Positions 25,501 to 39,582 are shown, counted from the first letter of the stretch. The stretch is DNA of 64,000 bases from Iphione sp. A-MEVVRFRX5 (GCA_976226885.1 OZ320313.1:142848001-142912000), one strand, 5' to 3'. Notes: generated from the letters alone by a model not told the origin. Translations and numbers: made by a program.

Positions 25501-26650
25501 TCTTTGAGATTTAAGAGCCCTCCCTTTTTTGATTTGTGTGAGATTATCGAATTAAGGCAATGCCAGTAATCCCTAGAAGAGTGGCAGTCATGCAGTTGCT
25601 CCTTGATAGCGGCTTTCTTTGCCTTCTGGACCTTCTTTGCTACTTGTGATTTGAAATATTTTGGTATTTGAAGATCATCAATGGAGCCTGACTCCCTGTA
25701 GCAGGCTAAATAGTAGTCTCAATTACGACTGTCTTCTCTAATTTCAAAGTTGTCAATGAAGCCACCCGGTTTCTTTGTTTTTTTTCACTAATGGACAAAG
25801 TTTGCTTGCTGCACTTCTGATGGTTCCCTCAAGCTTGGTTCACCTGTCCCCTGGACTATCATAAGGGTTGTTGTTAAAGTCAGAGAGACCGCATTCCATC
25901 CCATTTACCAGGTCCGATCTTCTACATCTACGCCATGAGCATCCCAGATAGTTTGATTTGAGTTCCCTTTCCCTTATTTTTTTATCTAGTAAATATACTG
26001 GGGCATGGTCACTACTATAGATGTCCAGTGTCCCTGATCTGCTAATGTTTGGGACGTTGGACCAAATTAGGCCCAGTGTAGCAGTGCTTGATTTATGGAT
26101 TATTGTAGGGCCCTGTATGTATGGGTACAGCTTACATTTCTCTAGTACTAACTGAAGTGAATGCAGTTTTTTGTTGGTTGTGGACCAGTCTACGTTTAGG
26201 TCCCCTCCTACTACACATTCAGAACCACCTTTCTTCTGTATTTTGCATAGTGAATTATCAAGATAGGCTGCGAGAGCCTCACACAAGGCTCCAGGTGCGG
26301 AGTAAAGCACATCTACCTTCAAAGGCATCTGATTCGGGGCATTAATCTGTATCCACAAACCTTCTACATCCTCAGTTATTATATTCAGACTGTCGATGTC
26401 ATCATAAGGTATATCATCTGAGATATAGATTAGTAATCCTCCCCCCCCCCCTTATCTTGGTTAGGCCTACTCTATGCTGCCTTATAATTGAGTACCCAGA
26501 GACTTCAAGGTATACCGTTGGAATTGCATTATTTAGCCAGGTTTCACAGATACAGCATAGTAGTGGCTGATTTTCAATCAACAGTTTCCTAACTTCTATT
26601 TTGAGAAGGAGGCTTCTACAGTTCCAAAAGATGAATAGTCTGCCTTTCAT
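22540..26650 (-). mobile_element. Degenerate CR1/L2-group LINE ORF2 (APE endonuclease + reverse transcriptase) in an RNF34 intron
   Basis: APE motifs WNCRSL, ETWL, GDLNVD, SDHAPV. RT motifs NYRPITIL, QHGFRK, FLDMLKAFD, and C-terminal YVGSKSWNSL. Many stops and frameshifts. Confidence 0.9.
22878..24174. mobile_element. Non-autonomous TIR element (hAT-like, 5-bp TSD) inserted into the LINE
   Basis: 13-bp TIRs cagggttcccagc / gctgggaaccctg, subterminal ttccctga repeats, and caagt duplicated at 22873-22877 and 24175-24179. LINE-like coding sequence continues across the empty site. Confidence 0.85.
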
Positions 26651-27187
26651 TTTTGTGAGATTGTAGAGAGTGGCATTGGAGGAGAGTTTGGGAATCAGGT
26701 TGAGATTGGGGGAAGAATCGAGTAAGTCAGGATATTCCTAATAAGCAAGTATCATTAGGGAAGGAGGACTGAAGTTGGATGAGGGTAACTGGGTTTGATA
26801 ACCAAAGAGAGGAGAGGAAGAGACCGGGAATAAGTGAGGGAGGAAGGAGAGACAGGGATAGGGAGCAGGCGAGGTGGAAGAAATGAAGGAAAGAGACCAC
26901 AAGTGAAAACACATCAACGTGTATGCATACACACTCACACATAGAACCCTAGTTGCAGGCTTGGAACATGCAAAGGGGTCATAAGAGGCATAAGAGACTC
27001 TATCCCCCTTTTCCTCTTCCTCCCTCTCATTCTGTCCATTTTAGCCCTCCTTGACAAGATTTTATTTTCAACAGCCCCACTCGGCTGAACGCTTCCTAGA
27101 TGTCCACACCCATCCGTAAATTTTACAGATATCCACCCACTACCGCAGAGTTCATTACAAAAAATGTTCTGGAAAAGCAATGCTTAC

Positions 27188-27208
27188 CTTCTCCTCCTGT
27201 TTCCATAT
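27188..27208 (-). CDS. RNF34: RNF34 21-nt microexon (YMETGGEG)
   Basis: ttttttttggttttcttatag|ATATGGAAACAGGAGGAGAAG|gtaagc; phase 1-1 and frame-preserving. Confidence 0.75.
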
Positions 27209-27354
27209 CTATAAGAAAACCAAAAAAAATTCAATTTAGTACGTGGTGCGTGTAATACAGTTCTGTGCATAACTATGATTAAAATCACACTCGACATAAA
27301 TCATTGGTTGAGCTGAGGTTATTGGGGGGGAGGGACCACAAAATAGGTGCTTAC

Positions 27355-27553
27355 ACTTATTGCGGTTAATTTGGTTGTCCGACCAGAGCCTCTTGACGCG
27401 TGTCACAAGCTCACACTTCTCCACACAGCCCTTGTAGTCAACGTGGTTAGTGGCGAGGATCTCTTTCAGCTGACGGACTGACAGGTCAACGATGTCTCCC
27501 TCTTCACGCAGCTCATCGATGCTGGCGTGCTTCCGGCGTGGCCGTGGATCCTC
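27355..27553 (-). CDS. RNF34: RNF34 exon (second SAP-like domain)
   Basis: EDPRPRRKHASIDELREEGDIVDLSVRQLKEILATNHVDYKGCVEKCELVTRVKRLWSDNQINRNK; canonical splice sites. Confidence 0.95.
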
Positions 27554-28645
27554 CTGCAAGGGCATATACAGATGTCAACTATATACAGTGGAATCTCTCT
27601 AATACAGGCAGCAGAGTGACTAAGAAAAGTCCATTGGGAGGGATGTCCAGAACTGCATGAGTAGTCAAACATAAATTAACAGACTTTGTACTGTCTTGTG
27701 ACAGTCCATAATGCGAAATTTCTTGATTAGTCTCCGGAACTGTAATATGCATGTCTAAAACCCCACTTGGTAGAATCCAGCTATTGCTACTGCACTCCTG
27801 GCTTAGTTACTCCACTACTATTATCCAGCTGGGTTAATCCATGAAACCTCCCTTAAGGTAGTTCCAAGTAGTTATGTGCTCCTAAGGTTCCCCGGAGAAA
27901 CAGGAGCCACAAGGTTATCCAAGTGCAGACTGGTTTACTGGCCACACAGAGCCCATATTCATACTAATTCAACAGGTCATGTGATCACCAGATGTATCAA
28001 CCATGTATCCACGTATGAAATAAAATGTGTACAATGTCACCCGTGTTGTTGTTTTACACCAATCAACTTACAGGAGTTTGATACCAAATAGCAGGCACCT
28101 AGGAATCCAGGGGCCAAGGTCACCCGTAAGTCTGATTCCACTTGGGGTTGCCCAGGCGTGCCTATATTCAGGGTTCACTCAGTACAAACTCTATAAGCCA
28201 AGCCCAGACACAACCCCCAACCAGGGTCATTGGGTACAACTCCAAACTGCTTGGGGTACCATGACACTCCCTACACTACTATTTCATATACAGTGAGACC
28301 CTTGTTTTCTGACCTTCCCCTCTCCTTCTTAAACAATGCGTTTCCCCTCAATTGCATATATGAACGTCTCCACATTTACAATTCTTTCATTTTTCTCTAC
28401 TGTTCCAAAGGCATCTGTACAACATAGAACAGTAATCCCAATGGTCACCTATCTCCGGTGGTCACGTGCTACTGTGGTCCGATGCCTTTGAAACAGACTA
28501 CTCTCATATATGCTAAACTAACGCTCTCCAGTGGTCACTTATCTCTATGGTCACAAATCAGCTGGAACCATCTGTGCCTGGATACCTCTCTCATTGCCCC
28601 TATTTTTCAGGCAGGGGAAGGTTACTTTTAAAGTATAAACTGTGC

Positions 28646-28870
28646 CTACTAATCCTCTGTGATGGGAAGTATCGCACCTTTTCCTTTATGATAACCACAG
28701 CTGCCACCACAAGCACCCCAACCGCAACTGTTTACCTCTCAAAGGTTTTTATCTGATGTTTAATGTATATGCTATATCTACTAATCTGTGATGGGAAGTA
28801 ATTACACTTTTCCCTTTCTGATAAACAGCAACTGCCACCACAACCACCCCTAAACGCATCAGTTTACCTC
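28646..28870. repeat. Local imperfect duplication, 2 copies about 130 bp apart
   Basis: ctactaatc..tgtgatgggaagta...ctgccaccacaa.cacccc...gtttacctc occurs at 28646 and 28778. Confidence 0.75.
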
Positions 28871-29262
28871 CACTGTTCTTATTTAACGTTTAGCAAATAT
28901 GACAATGCAGCATCCTGGTCTGAACCATTTCGCTGTGTCAAGATGAGCTACCTACAGTTGTTTTCTCAAAGGATACTTCACTCTAACGTAATTTATTGCT
29001 TCTCATGGTTATGAACAGTATAAATGCGTCTAATGCAACCACTGCAGGGAGAAGCCAATACTGCCACTAATGAAGAGTCGCCCTTCATAAAGAGTTGTCT
29101 TTCTTACATATTTTACAGTAGTTCACCAGTACTTTATAACTACCTTAAATTGGCAACATCCCTCAATGCGCAAAATGAGTGTGATGCCTAACCATGCTAT
29201 GTAGTATAAAGTACGGCCCACCGTAGAGGACACAACCGTACCACAAATTACGTCAAGACTAA

Positions 29263-29757
29263 GGTGGTGTACACATGTATCCGTACAAATAAAACATCTA
29301 CGGATCCGGGGGCATGAAATACCACCTGCTGATCCGTTTTTTATTGCCAACACATGTACACCAGATGTCTTTTTACCATTGTTTCCTATGAGAAATGGAT
29401 GGTTGTCCGTGAAAAATCCGTCGGCGATGGAATCAAAAAACGTCTACAGGTCTGTATCCATTTTGTAACGGATGCATGTGTACAGACTAGTACACTTCTT
29501 ATTACACTACCTATATAAAATGTTGCCTGAAAGTAGTACGGCCATGGTGGCAGACATCTTGCAAGAGTTTATGAGATGTATCACTACACCTGTGCAATCA
29601 AGCATGACCGAGGGTTGTAAAATGTTGCCCATCTGTACTTTGACCCCTCCCCTTCCCCCGCCCCCTAAACAGAGACAAAGTTGCTTGTAGGACTGATAAA
29701 ACACGTCTATGGGTCCGTAGCTGTTTTCTAAAAATACGGATGCATGTGTACACCACC
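29263..29757. mobile_element. PIF/Harbinger MITE, 495 bp
   Basis: TIRs ggtggtgtacacatg / catgtgtacaccacc, extended by atccgt/acggat, with TAA TSD at 29260-29262 and 29758-29760. Confidence 0.85.
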
Positions 29758-30438
29758 TAAGGATACCTTTACTTCCAAAGAGGCTGTTTCCCTCTGACTG
29801 AATTTCTAGCTGTAGACAACTGAACGATAGTGAATGTACAGAATTTTGTATATGACTAATGGGAGAATGCCATCACTTGAACTCTCTGAGACGATGTATA
29901 TAGGTGGGAGAAAAATGTAGTACATGTACATGTACATGTATACTCTGGCGATGCCCTACTCAGTAGCTGGTGCATTAGTGTCGGGTGACAGAAGCATAGT
30001 TTTTCAATGACACAGATACCAAATGTTACAAGAGATTTCCCCTGTGGGATCAAGCCCTGGTCAACAAACAATGTAGGAAGCGGGCGTGAAGCAGGCATGA
30101 GACAGTTGTGGTAGAACTGTCACCAACAGCTTTCTATTCATCGGTTCATCTTGTGGGATCATCAAATTTGACACCCATTAATACGAACTGTCTAATAAGT
30201 CTTGGGAAGGTCTTAAGTTGAAAGTGTTTGGATATTTAAAAGCATTTGATTCTGAGATCACTTGAAATCATACATAAACAAGAACCGTTCATTCCTATGG
30301 TCCGTCGGATGGTCGGACAGCAGTACTCCTAGGTCCCCCATCACTGGGGCAGAAGACAATAAACCAGCAGTGCCCATAGAGCCAAGTATCATATATTAAA
30401 AAGTGATTTAATTTACAAGAGACTTTGGAAATTAAAAG

Positions 30439-30471
30439 AACAAGGACCTACGAGGTCTACTGCCCTCCGCC
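30439..30471 (-). mobile_element. HINE-type 3' terminus
   Basis: Minus strand reads ggcggagggcagtagacc-tcgta-ggtccttgtt, the same subTIR + GACC/GGTC hairpin layout as 11810-11847. Confidence 0.5.
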
Positions 30472-31119
30472 TGCTATTCAATCAAATGGAATTAATTGTT
30501 TCTGCTTGGGTGGCTATGTATAGAACTCCATATTCTCTCATACACGTGAGGGTTTTTGAAGCTAACTCAACTTTAGGGCATTTGAAATACTACAAAAACA
30601 CACCAGTGCCAAGCTTTATTACAAAAAGAAAATAGAATCGAAATCAGTTCATCTGATACAGTAGTTCAGAGGAAGCTAGACCCACAAGATTGTGATGAAC
30701 GGTTGGACCGCAGTGCCACCCTTCCTGTAGTGTAGATCTAGATGGCTGAAAGGAAGAACAAGTTGGTCCGAGAGGCCCAGGATCCTTTGCATGGTACCTG
30801 CGCATCTATTCCCTTTCTAGAAGAGATGGACCCATTCAAATGCGTCTGTACCGTTTGGACACTACATGCTTGCTTGTACAGATTTTATGGCCTGAGGCCA
30901 CTTTCTATTTTCATTAAGGAGGACTTCCTGAAAAGGGAAGGGGACATACAAAGATACGGACTTCTTCACGTACAAATCATTTTGTAATAAAAACCAACGT
31001 AGTAACCACGTTGGCCTATACTAGAGAAATGTGCCTGACAATGAAGTTTCTCATAATGACTTCTTGAAGCACATTTACTGCGTCAATAGAGGTAAACAAC
31101 CTGTACACATGAGCCTTAC

Positions 31120-31365
31120 CTCCTCAGTCTGCAGCTCGTCATGTAGTCGTGCTTCTGTGGCCTGCATCTCCTCTTGCTGTCGTATCAGCAGACGCTCTCT
31201 GCGCTCCTCCTCGGACTCCTCCCCTGGCCCCTGCCCCCGACTCTCCTCCCGGGGTTGCACAGGATCAGTGGCTGGCTCCTCCCGGGCCTCATGTGACGCT
31301 TGTGAGGGGTGCCTCTCCGGGCCTGCCGTGGTGTGTGAGTCGGCCTGATGCTGCCTCATACGTTC
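31120..31365 (-). CDS. RNF34: RNF34 exon (low-complexity acidic linker)
   Basis: ERMRQHQADSH...LHDELQTEE; cttccctattgtcag| acceptor and |gtaagg donor; phase 0-0 fits both neighbours. Confidence 0.85.
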
Positions 31366-32822
31366 CTGACAATAGGGAAGACATAGACAGGGCTCTAACT
31401 AAAGGGAACACAGTCCTGTGTAATCGTAAGGCTGTGAGTGTAGCAGAGATAAGGTGAAGGGCTGTTAACTTAAGGACATAAGGCATGAACTACATGTGAG
31501 GACATGAATGGTGTTACTCTATAAGTTACATTCACTGGGTATGCAAAGTCAAATACCAAACACTAACCTGATTAATAATACGGATTACATCTCTTTCGGG
31601 TGATATATTTAGAGCATGATATAAACAAAATAACCACTCAAATCTAAAAGGTGAAAATTTAGACAATTTTTCACAATTCTAATGACCGTATGAAGACAAT
31701 GCCCTAATGTTGTCAGTAAAAAATTGTTAGTTATTAGACAAGTGCCCTACGTCGGTAACAGCCGTTTAGCCGTCTGTATATGCTATAGCATGCGCAGGCT
31801 TCAGATATATATATGTATATATATATATGCATACATGGTACATGCAATTAATTCTTTTTTTTTAATTTAAAAACACACTGCCTTATTACATCGCCAGATG
31901 TCAATTATATGTACTAGACATAACTGTTAGTTATTAATGGTGAGTGAAGGCGGGTTATTTGTTCGTGCAAATATGCTGCGGTACACCTTTTGGGGGCATC
32001 AATCCACATAACAACTGTTGTTTATAACAAGATATTGAAACTTGGTTAGGTGTGTATACCATAGATGCAGAAAAAAGTTGTTTATAAAAAGACTGTGTAT
32101 AAAGTTAACCCCCAAAGACAACTGTTCGACAACGTAATATCTCCTCAGAAGGGAAGTACAGTGAAGTTTTAGTAACAGTTTTCCCTATCAAAAAATTCTA
32201 TTTGCCCCATGAAATTTCAGACGATTTGGATCTGTCACTGTTCTCAATCATACATGCTGGCAGTCATCTCGGAAAGTATGTCAGTTTTCCTTCGAGGCGA
32301 GCGGGGGGGGAGGTATATTGACTGGTGATTTAGGTCAGCAGTTAGACAACATGTTGTGCTTTTCTGTAAGGGTGAAAAATGGTCTCCGTTCCTCTAGTAC
32401 CGATAAGAGGTCACATAGGTTTATACATGAACGTTAATCAACTTGAGAGCAGACATCAGTGCGTACATACATTCCAAAAAGGTATTTTCCCTTGACTTTT
32501 ATCATGGAGTTTCTCCTACATGTATAAAAATACGAGGTTAATTCTACTCTGCAAAGTGCTACGAAGCTGCATATAAAAATATCTATGAGTATTTGCAATA
32601 TCATTAATCCTTTCCGAATGCCGAGAAGGAAGGGCGATTAGGGTAAATCCCCAATTCATCCGTAAGCCCCCTTTTTGCATTTCTGCATAATCTTTACGTA
32701 TTTGTCAAGAGTAAGCGGACTAGACTGACAACGTCTAATTTTATTACCCAGGTACATGTAGTTCTTTAGATGCCTCGTAAAAATGCATTGAACCAGTTGG
32801 ACTGATGCCAGCCTAAACCAGC

Positions 32823-32975
32823 NNNNNNNNNNNNNNNNNNNNNNNNNNNNNNNNNNNNNNNNNNNNNNNNNNNNNNNNNNNNNNNNNNNNNNNNNNNNNN
32901 NNNNNNNNNNNNNNNNNNNNNNNNNNNNNNNNNNNNNNNNNNNNNNNNNNNNNNNNNNNNNNNNNNNNNNNNNNN
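32823..32975. other. Assembly gap (153 N)
   Basis: Run of n bases. Confidence 1.
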
Positions 32976-33568
32976 TATGCTTCTCCCACTCCCCGCCCTT
33001 CCTCTTTCTGACCAGAGCTGCTGCTGGGCTGAGTATCAAACAAGCAGGGGGCAAATCTGACCAGTACAGTTTTCCAGAAGCTTGGCGGTTGCTACTTAGC
33101 GTTTTGACCCACAAGTTAACCATTACATATATAACAGTTATGGCTATTTCTTCCCACAGTCATTACACCTTGAAGAGATCCTTCCCTAAACTATATAATC
33201 ACACAGCGTCTGACTGGTGTGTTGAATGAACTCGTTCCTTATTTATAGAGTTATTCCCTATTTATAGTCATTCCCTATTTGACGCTTTTCTTGCTGACTG
33301 TTATGGTGGTAATTATTCACATCCTTGATCGGAAATACATTTGCGTCAATGGAGGTGCTATGGATATGCAGTCCCGGACTCAAAGGTGAGGACTAGGAGT
33401 GCTAATTTACCTGTACACGAACGTTTTTCAGGAAGATTGAGATTCCCCAAGCCCAGACAAAATAATATATACTATGAGGGAGCAATGGAATACGCGTTCC
33501 AATTACACATACTATCCAATTTACTCGTGGAAGATACGTATGGCACAAATAACCAAATTTTGTGTTAT

Positions 33569-33685
33569 ATTAATGATGTAGTATTAACTTATAGACACCG
33601 TTGCTGCACAAAACTAGCCAAAATTTTCTTTTACATTAATGATATAGTATTAACTTATAGACCCCGTTGCTGCACAAAACTAGCC
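33569..33685. repeat. 66-bp-period tandem duplication
   Basis: attaatgatRtagtattaacttatagacMccgttgctgcacaaaactagcc occurs twice. Confidence 0.85.
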
Positions 33686-36020
33686 CATCTATATGAGCCG
33701 ATCAGGATACATGTGACACTTAGCATATGTAGAACGCAGGAAGTATAATTTTCCAACACCTAAAGCTGTAAAAGAGGAAGTTAGAATATCCTATACGTTA
33801 CAATGAAAAGAAAATCCTCTTAATATGATTTGGATACACACAAGGGGGTTCACACCAATTCTAATGTTTTGGCAGTTCAGTTTAAAAACTCCCTCAGGCA
33901 CGAGGTACAAATCTATATATACATACTGGTTCAACAAATATTCAGAAACTTCTTACAATGGGAGAGACTATAAAGGTTTCTATTCTTCTGGTCCCTATTC
34001 TATTCTTCTGGTGTCTTTGCTTCTATCTCTCCTACAGATAACAGCTACTTAGTCAAAGTTACTCATGTAATAGATAATACACTATATATATATATATATC
34101 AAGGACTCCATAGAGAGGGCACTGTACTCAACGCAGGACTGAGTACAAATTATCTATACACGCTATAATCTGTTTAGGTCGAGGGATCCTGCCCAGGTTA
34201 CTCAATATCTCAAATACGCTCACACCCTCAATAGTGTGCCAAATGTGTGAGAATTAAACTAGCGGATTAGCTGTGAGTTTCTTGTATTATAGACGGTTGT
34301 GATTATTAACATAGGTTATTGAAGCGGTCACCTAGAGAGTCAAAATGTGACGTTGGTGGTCGAAGCGGTGTGGCTCTTTTTGAGACTCTCCCTAGTTCTT
34401 AGTGAAAGATGGCCGCGTGGGTGGATGCTGATGGTGTTAGCGCAAGATGCTGAACGTGTTGACCCAGGCAGGATTTTGCACTCTATGGCCGCCCTCCCAC
34501 CGCCTGGCCGCGTTCGGCAGTTCCGAATCACCTTGTTTCTGAACCAACACCAGTGGCACAACAAGAGGAAACCTTTTGCAAATATGGGGACACATAATGT
34601 GGATTCAGTTTACTAGTAACGGAAGACGACAAACCTGATTAGTCGACCATCGCAAGAACGCGGTTGATTGGGCCTAGAGCGAAATGCATGTTGATATATA
34701 CAGCGTACAGTGAAAGGGTCAAGGTTGCTGTGATAACATTACCTGTCCTGATCAAATGTCATTGTGTGGGAGGGCAGATTAGTTTATGAGACAGATATGT
34801 TGTTAACATCATACAGACTGTTTCTTTACACACATGTCGTATAGAACACGCATGTATAAAACCCAAGAAGAACAAAATGTGTACTTTAGCAAATATGTAT
34901 GGATAGGTATACATGTATACAGTGGACGCACTCTAGGAAATTCTGGTCTCTCCCCCCGTCTAGTCTCCTGTGGGATCTAGTTTCTGAGAGTCTGTTGTAT
35001 TTGAATTTTGAAGTTTATTACCATCTCCGCAGATTACAGACAGAGTTTTTCATGATGATATTTAAATATATATATACATACATATAACAGACTGGGATTA
35101 AAAATACAGGACATGGGATCAGGATACCTATCAATTTTGTGAAGGACGTGGCTAGGCCTGTGCTCTGTGGTGTGCTACCGAGTCAAGTAACCAGCCAGCA
35201 ATTCCACCCCTCTTTTTATATCTGTGTGTACTTAGTTGCCAGGGTGAGGGCCTGTAAGGTCTCACTCAACAGTCTATGTTCCGGGGGTATGCTCCTGTTG
35301 TTTCTTATTTCTATAACATGGTTTCGACTTATGTCTCATCAGGCACATATTATGGGTGAATCCAATAATATTCAACAGTGTTGTATCCGTTCCTGTTGTT
35401 TGTGTGTACTTCCAAAGGTCCACATAGAATTTGGACCAAAGAAATTTTTTTTTATCAATGGTGTGTTGGTGATGCCATCATTGGTAACAAATCAAGACTT
35501 AGACAACTGGTGTTATCAGATGTCATGAAATAACAGACCCGCCATCATCGATACCATTAAGACAACAATCCACCAGTGATGACATGAATAACGTGTGGCT
35601 GCTACCTGTACATAGCTGCTACTGCATATTGAAGGAAGAGAGCTTTGAAAGGAGAAAACACTTCATGCTTTATAATGTAAACAACCTGTTTCTCCTGCGA
35701 AATTTGCCTAGCAAGCTGTCATGAAATGCATGTGTCACATTTAGGATAAAGAGTCATGGGACAAGAAATCTATAGCTATAGAAACACATTTTTGAGGCTA
35801 CTGCAAAACAAATCCGTTCCCTAAAACCTGCTCTACCTGAGATAAAAAGTGCTTAAGATAAAAGGGCCACTGGGGAATCAACGTTCACTAATACTGCGTA
35901 AAAGCTACTACTATACAGCAGAAGAAGCGCAGACAAAATGCAAATGACGGGAAACTTACATTGCCAGAAATATTAATATACATACATGTATTCGTGCATG
36001 TCTGTGTATATTTCTCTGAG

Positions 36021-36090
36021 TCTGTGTGTGTGTGTGTCTGTCTGCTTGTCTGTCTGTCTATCTGTTTGTCTGTCTGTCTGTCTCTATCTA
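36021..36090. repeat. (GT)n/(GTCT)n microsatellite
   Basis: Direct reading of the sequence. Confidence 0.9.
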
Positions 36091-36692
36091 CTGGTTTGTG
36101 TCTTCTTGAATAACCCATGAAGGTGTCCTTTTATATGTGTTCACATACAAGTAGGTGACCTAGGTCATCCTTGAAAGATTTATGTAATTGACACATCGCT
36201 GTGTGACAGGACGACATGTTTTACAGTCACGATATCTGTCAATCAAAGTGTTCCATAGCTAATGATATCATGCTATTTTGTCATGTGACTTGTGTAACCA
36301 ATCTGTGCAGACGACATTCGAGCAACACTGTCGCTAGCATGTGATCGTATTATAATTACAACTGTCACATGTCATTATGTAGTTATGTTAATGTATGGAC
36401 ATATCAATTGAGAATATTGTGAGGCATCTATATTTATTATCAATGTATATGGTAAAGTGCAGTACACTGATACTATGACTAGAAACCTTTTTTTAAAATT
36501 TTGAACATTGTGCATGACCGTAGTGAAAGTAATACTGTCACGTTGTGATGGGTGGGCATGGCTATGTGAAAGTACAGTGATGTGTCAATTCTAGATATCC
36601 ATCTTCTCGTCTTAGTATTTCACATTTGTCCTGTCACCCTTTCTGTCCAACGTCACCAATCTACCCGCTACGATCTGCACTTCAGTACCCAC

Positions 36693-36992
36693 CTCGAGAT
36701 GGGCCGTGTGCTCCTGGCTGGCGCGCTGTTCACGCAGATGCTGCGACGAGTTGGAGAAGGCCAGCACCAACTCGATGAGGTCGTTCTTCTCCGTGCACAG
36801 CACGGTGGGCACGCTCCGCCTCGCCAGGAAGGCGCGCAGGTCGCGCACCTCCAGGCGCGACAGGTCACTGCGGGTGAAGTTACCCGAGGAGAGCAGGTGG
36901 CACTTGGAACAACGCAGCTGGCTGGACGGGCGGCGGGGCTCCTTCACCAGGCAGGCCGAGCAGTGCGGGCGGCCGCACTCGGCGCACGTCTT
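36693..36992 (-). CDS. RNF34: RNF34 exon (second half of FYVE-like domain + first SAP-like domain)
   Basis: KTCAECGRPHCSAC...RCSKCHLLSSGNFTRSDLSRLEVRDLRAFLARRSVPTVLCTEKNDLIELVL; canonical splice sites. Confidence 0.95.
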
Positions 36993-39324
36993 CTGTAGAC
37001 GCCAGGGCGAGGGGAAAAAAGAAGCAAATGATTGGAGACAGAGGAAGCAAAGGTCCTATGAGCAGGGTACGAGCACAAATTAAGTCGTTTCAGCATCGAT
37101 CAACATTGAGGCCGCAGGTCGAGATGGAGATATATGGTTAAATGGTCATATATTCTCCTCCTTACTTAAAGGCTGCAATGACATGGTTTAGAGGTAAATC
37201 ATTACATTATTCAATGAATTCTTACAGTTGTATTTAGAAAATTACTAAAATAGATGCACATTCCGATGTCTTGCCTCGTAAACCGGGAGTGAACCAAAAT
37301 GCCTCTAGTATAGAAGCAAACTAAACCAGAGGTCACTAATATAAATCTATACATTTCACCATCTGAATAACTGATTTAAAGGGTTAAATATGCTAAATAA
37401 GATAGAATTATAGTGAAGGGTGAAATAGGGATTATTTTTCGTTATTTAACCAGAATATAAAATAAATGCTTTTAGGATTAATTTTCACTTGGAATCCAGG
37501 GACGTTTAGCATTTTATTCGCTTCCGTTTTGAAAGAGAAGTGCATGGCCACTTGACCTAAACACGGCTTGGGTAACAGTAAAAGCATTGCCGACAAAGGA
37601 TACCAGTCGTAACTCATCCCATCGACAATGTAACTAGGACGGCAATACAGAATTAAGGGCAACTTTGGCTGGTACCAATATATAAAATACATTAAGAAAA
37701 ACAAAACAAATCGGACAACCTTCGTTTTGCCACCAGTTCTGCTAGTAGTCACATTAGAGAATTGGAACCTCACAACCGGGGATATCTAAGATGGGGAACA
37801 CCCTTGGACTGGGGATACTTTCGGCCGGGATAGCAACCTATATTCACTTCACATGGTACCATCTAGGACTTGGGGACACTCCCTAAATGTGGTCCCTTTC
37901 ACTGGGAATCAAGAATATCCCAATATCGTAAGCTGTGAGGTTCTACTGTAACACAAAGAACTGACGTACTGCCTTCTGCATTATGTCAAAATAACTGAAT
38001 ACTTTCCATTGACAACGGTATACATGTAGTTACCGTAATATATGCGTAATTCACACAATAGTTCATGTTTTCCTGGCAAAACATGTTTATCAAATGATAC
38101 TGACCCCGACTGAGAGTTCGCTGCTTAAGTGACACTGTAAAAACAGAACAGACAAAACAAGGCTAATGAAGTGAAACAAGCAGATGCTACCTTGATAATG
38201 AAGGCTAGCTTTCCACCTGAAACTGCCGTTGCTACGGTGAGATTCATGTCTTTTCTTTATGCTAACAGTGTCCATTACATTTCCCTTCGTGATCACATAG
38301 CAGTTATTTTCGCACCTGTTTGGTGTTCATCAATAAGGGTATGTGTAACCATGGATATAATATGTATATATCTGGCATGGGTTATCAAGGGTTTGCCAAG
38401 GTGGGCTCATCAGGCATCTTAAATTTTGCAGTGTTCCAGGTGATCGACAGTTATTGACTTGTGGACATCAACCGGTGGATGTCCAGGGGGGGGGATATAT
38501 CTCGCCATAGTGCACACCACAGGTTATGCCTGCTGGCGGATGGATATTGTGGGAATGTGGTTAGTCCTGTCAGGAAAAGGAAAAAGGAAAAAAGAACACA
38601 AAAATAAATAGCTCTATGGTCCCCTGCCTTTAGCAGTTGTGTTTTGGGGTAATTACCACTCCCTCTTCATATTCCTGCTCTTTTCCCTTCCCTGTCCGTC
38701 TAGTATGGTCAGACAAGACCATGGTCGTTAGAATGCTACCAGTAAATGAGTTTCATTTCATGGATGACTAACAGGACACAGTCGACTCTCTTATTGGGGA
38801 CTGGGCAAAGGCGCTTTGATTTCCATATTTAGGATATTAGACTAAAGTGATGTGTTCACTATATTACAAGCATAACTTACAGACACACGAGTAATATTGT
38901 ACGTGGCAATATAGCCCCATGTTCTTTTCAGTTTCAGTGGGAGATCGAATATCAAGGTATTATTGGGTCTTTTGCGAGCTAGGGTTTCACCACGTCCAAA
39001 TCTATTCTTCATCGTTTGCACTTTGCTGGATACGTTAATGCTGGTACCCCAGTACTAGAGAAAGATTACTTACACTTCCTCTGTCATAATGGAAGTGCAT
39101 TATGAAGTGTAGACATGCCTTGTTTCAAGTTAGCATCCTGCTAAGCAGTAGGACCTTGCTAGTAACACACCCTGTTCAGCTGAGTGGGCCTGATGTATAT
39201 GAGTGGCTTTTTAATTTTTTGTTTTGTTTTCCCATCTTTAACAAAAAACATTCAGCTCTACTATCAGCTGTTCTTCCATGTCATCCTAGTGTAGCATACT
39301 ACACTCTACAACCCATTATTGAAA

Positions 39325-39582
39325 ATTCAGAGATGAGAATACCAAGGAATTTCCTTATTCTTATCTTGAATACGTTTCTGGGATCCTTTTTGCATAGGAG
39401 ACAGAATCTTATTCTCCAATAGCCTTTGTGAGAAGATGTGGGTCACTCTGGGTTGGGGCTACAGTAAATCTGTCTGGTTACAATCAAGAATCCTAGATGC
39501 AACTTGGACCTGCAGAGCATAAAACCTCTACGTCAGTGAACCAATGCCAATAAGTACTATGACCAACTGAGCTAAATGCCTA
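39325..39582 (-). mobile_element. tRNA-derived SINE-like element, copy 1
   Basis: Head ggcatttagctcagttggtcatag (A-box-like); the body aligns with 40814-41081. Confidence 0.6.

Noticed and set aside
32656-33123. 155-aa ORF
   Set aside because: It is open only because it spans the N gap.
39540-39582. Genuine tRNA genes at the SINE heads (also 41000-41081)
   Set aside because: There is no intact cloverleaf or acceptor stem, and both heads are followed by a shared non-tRNA body.
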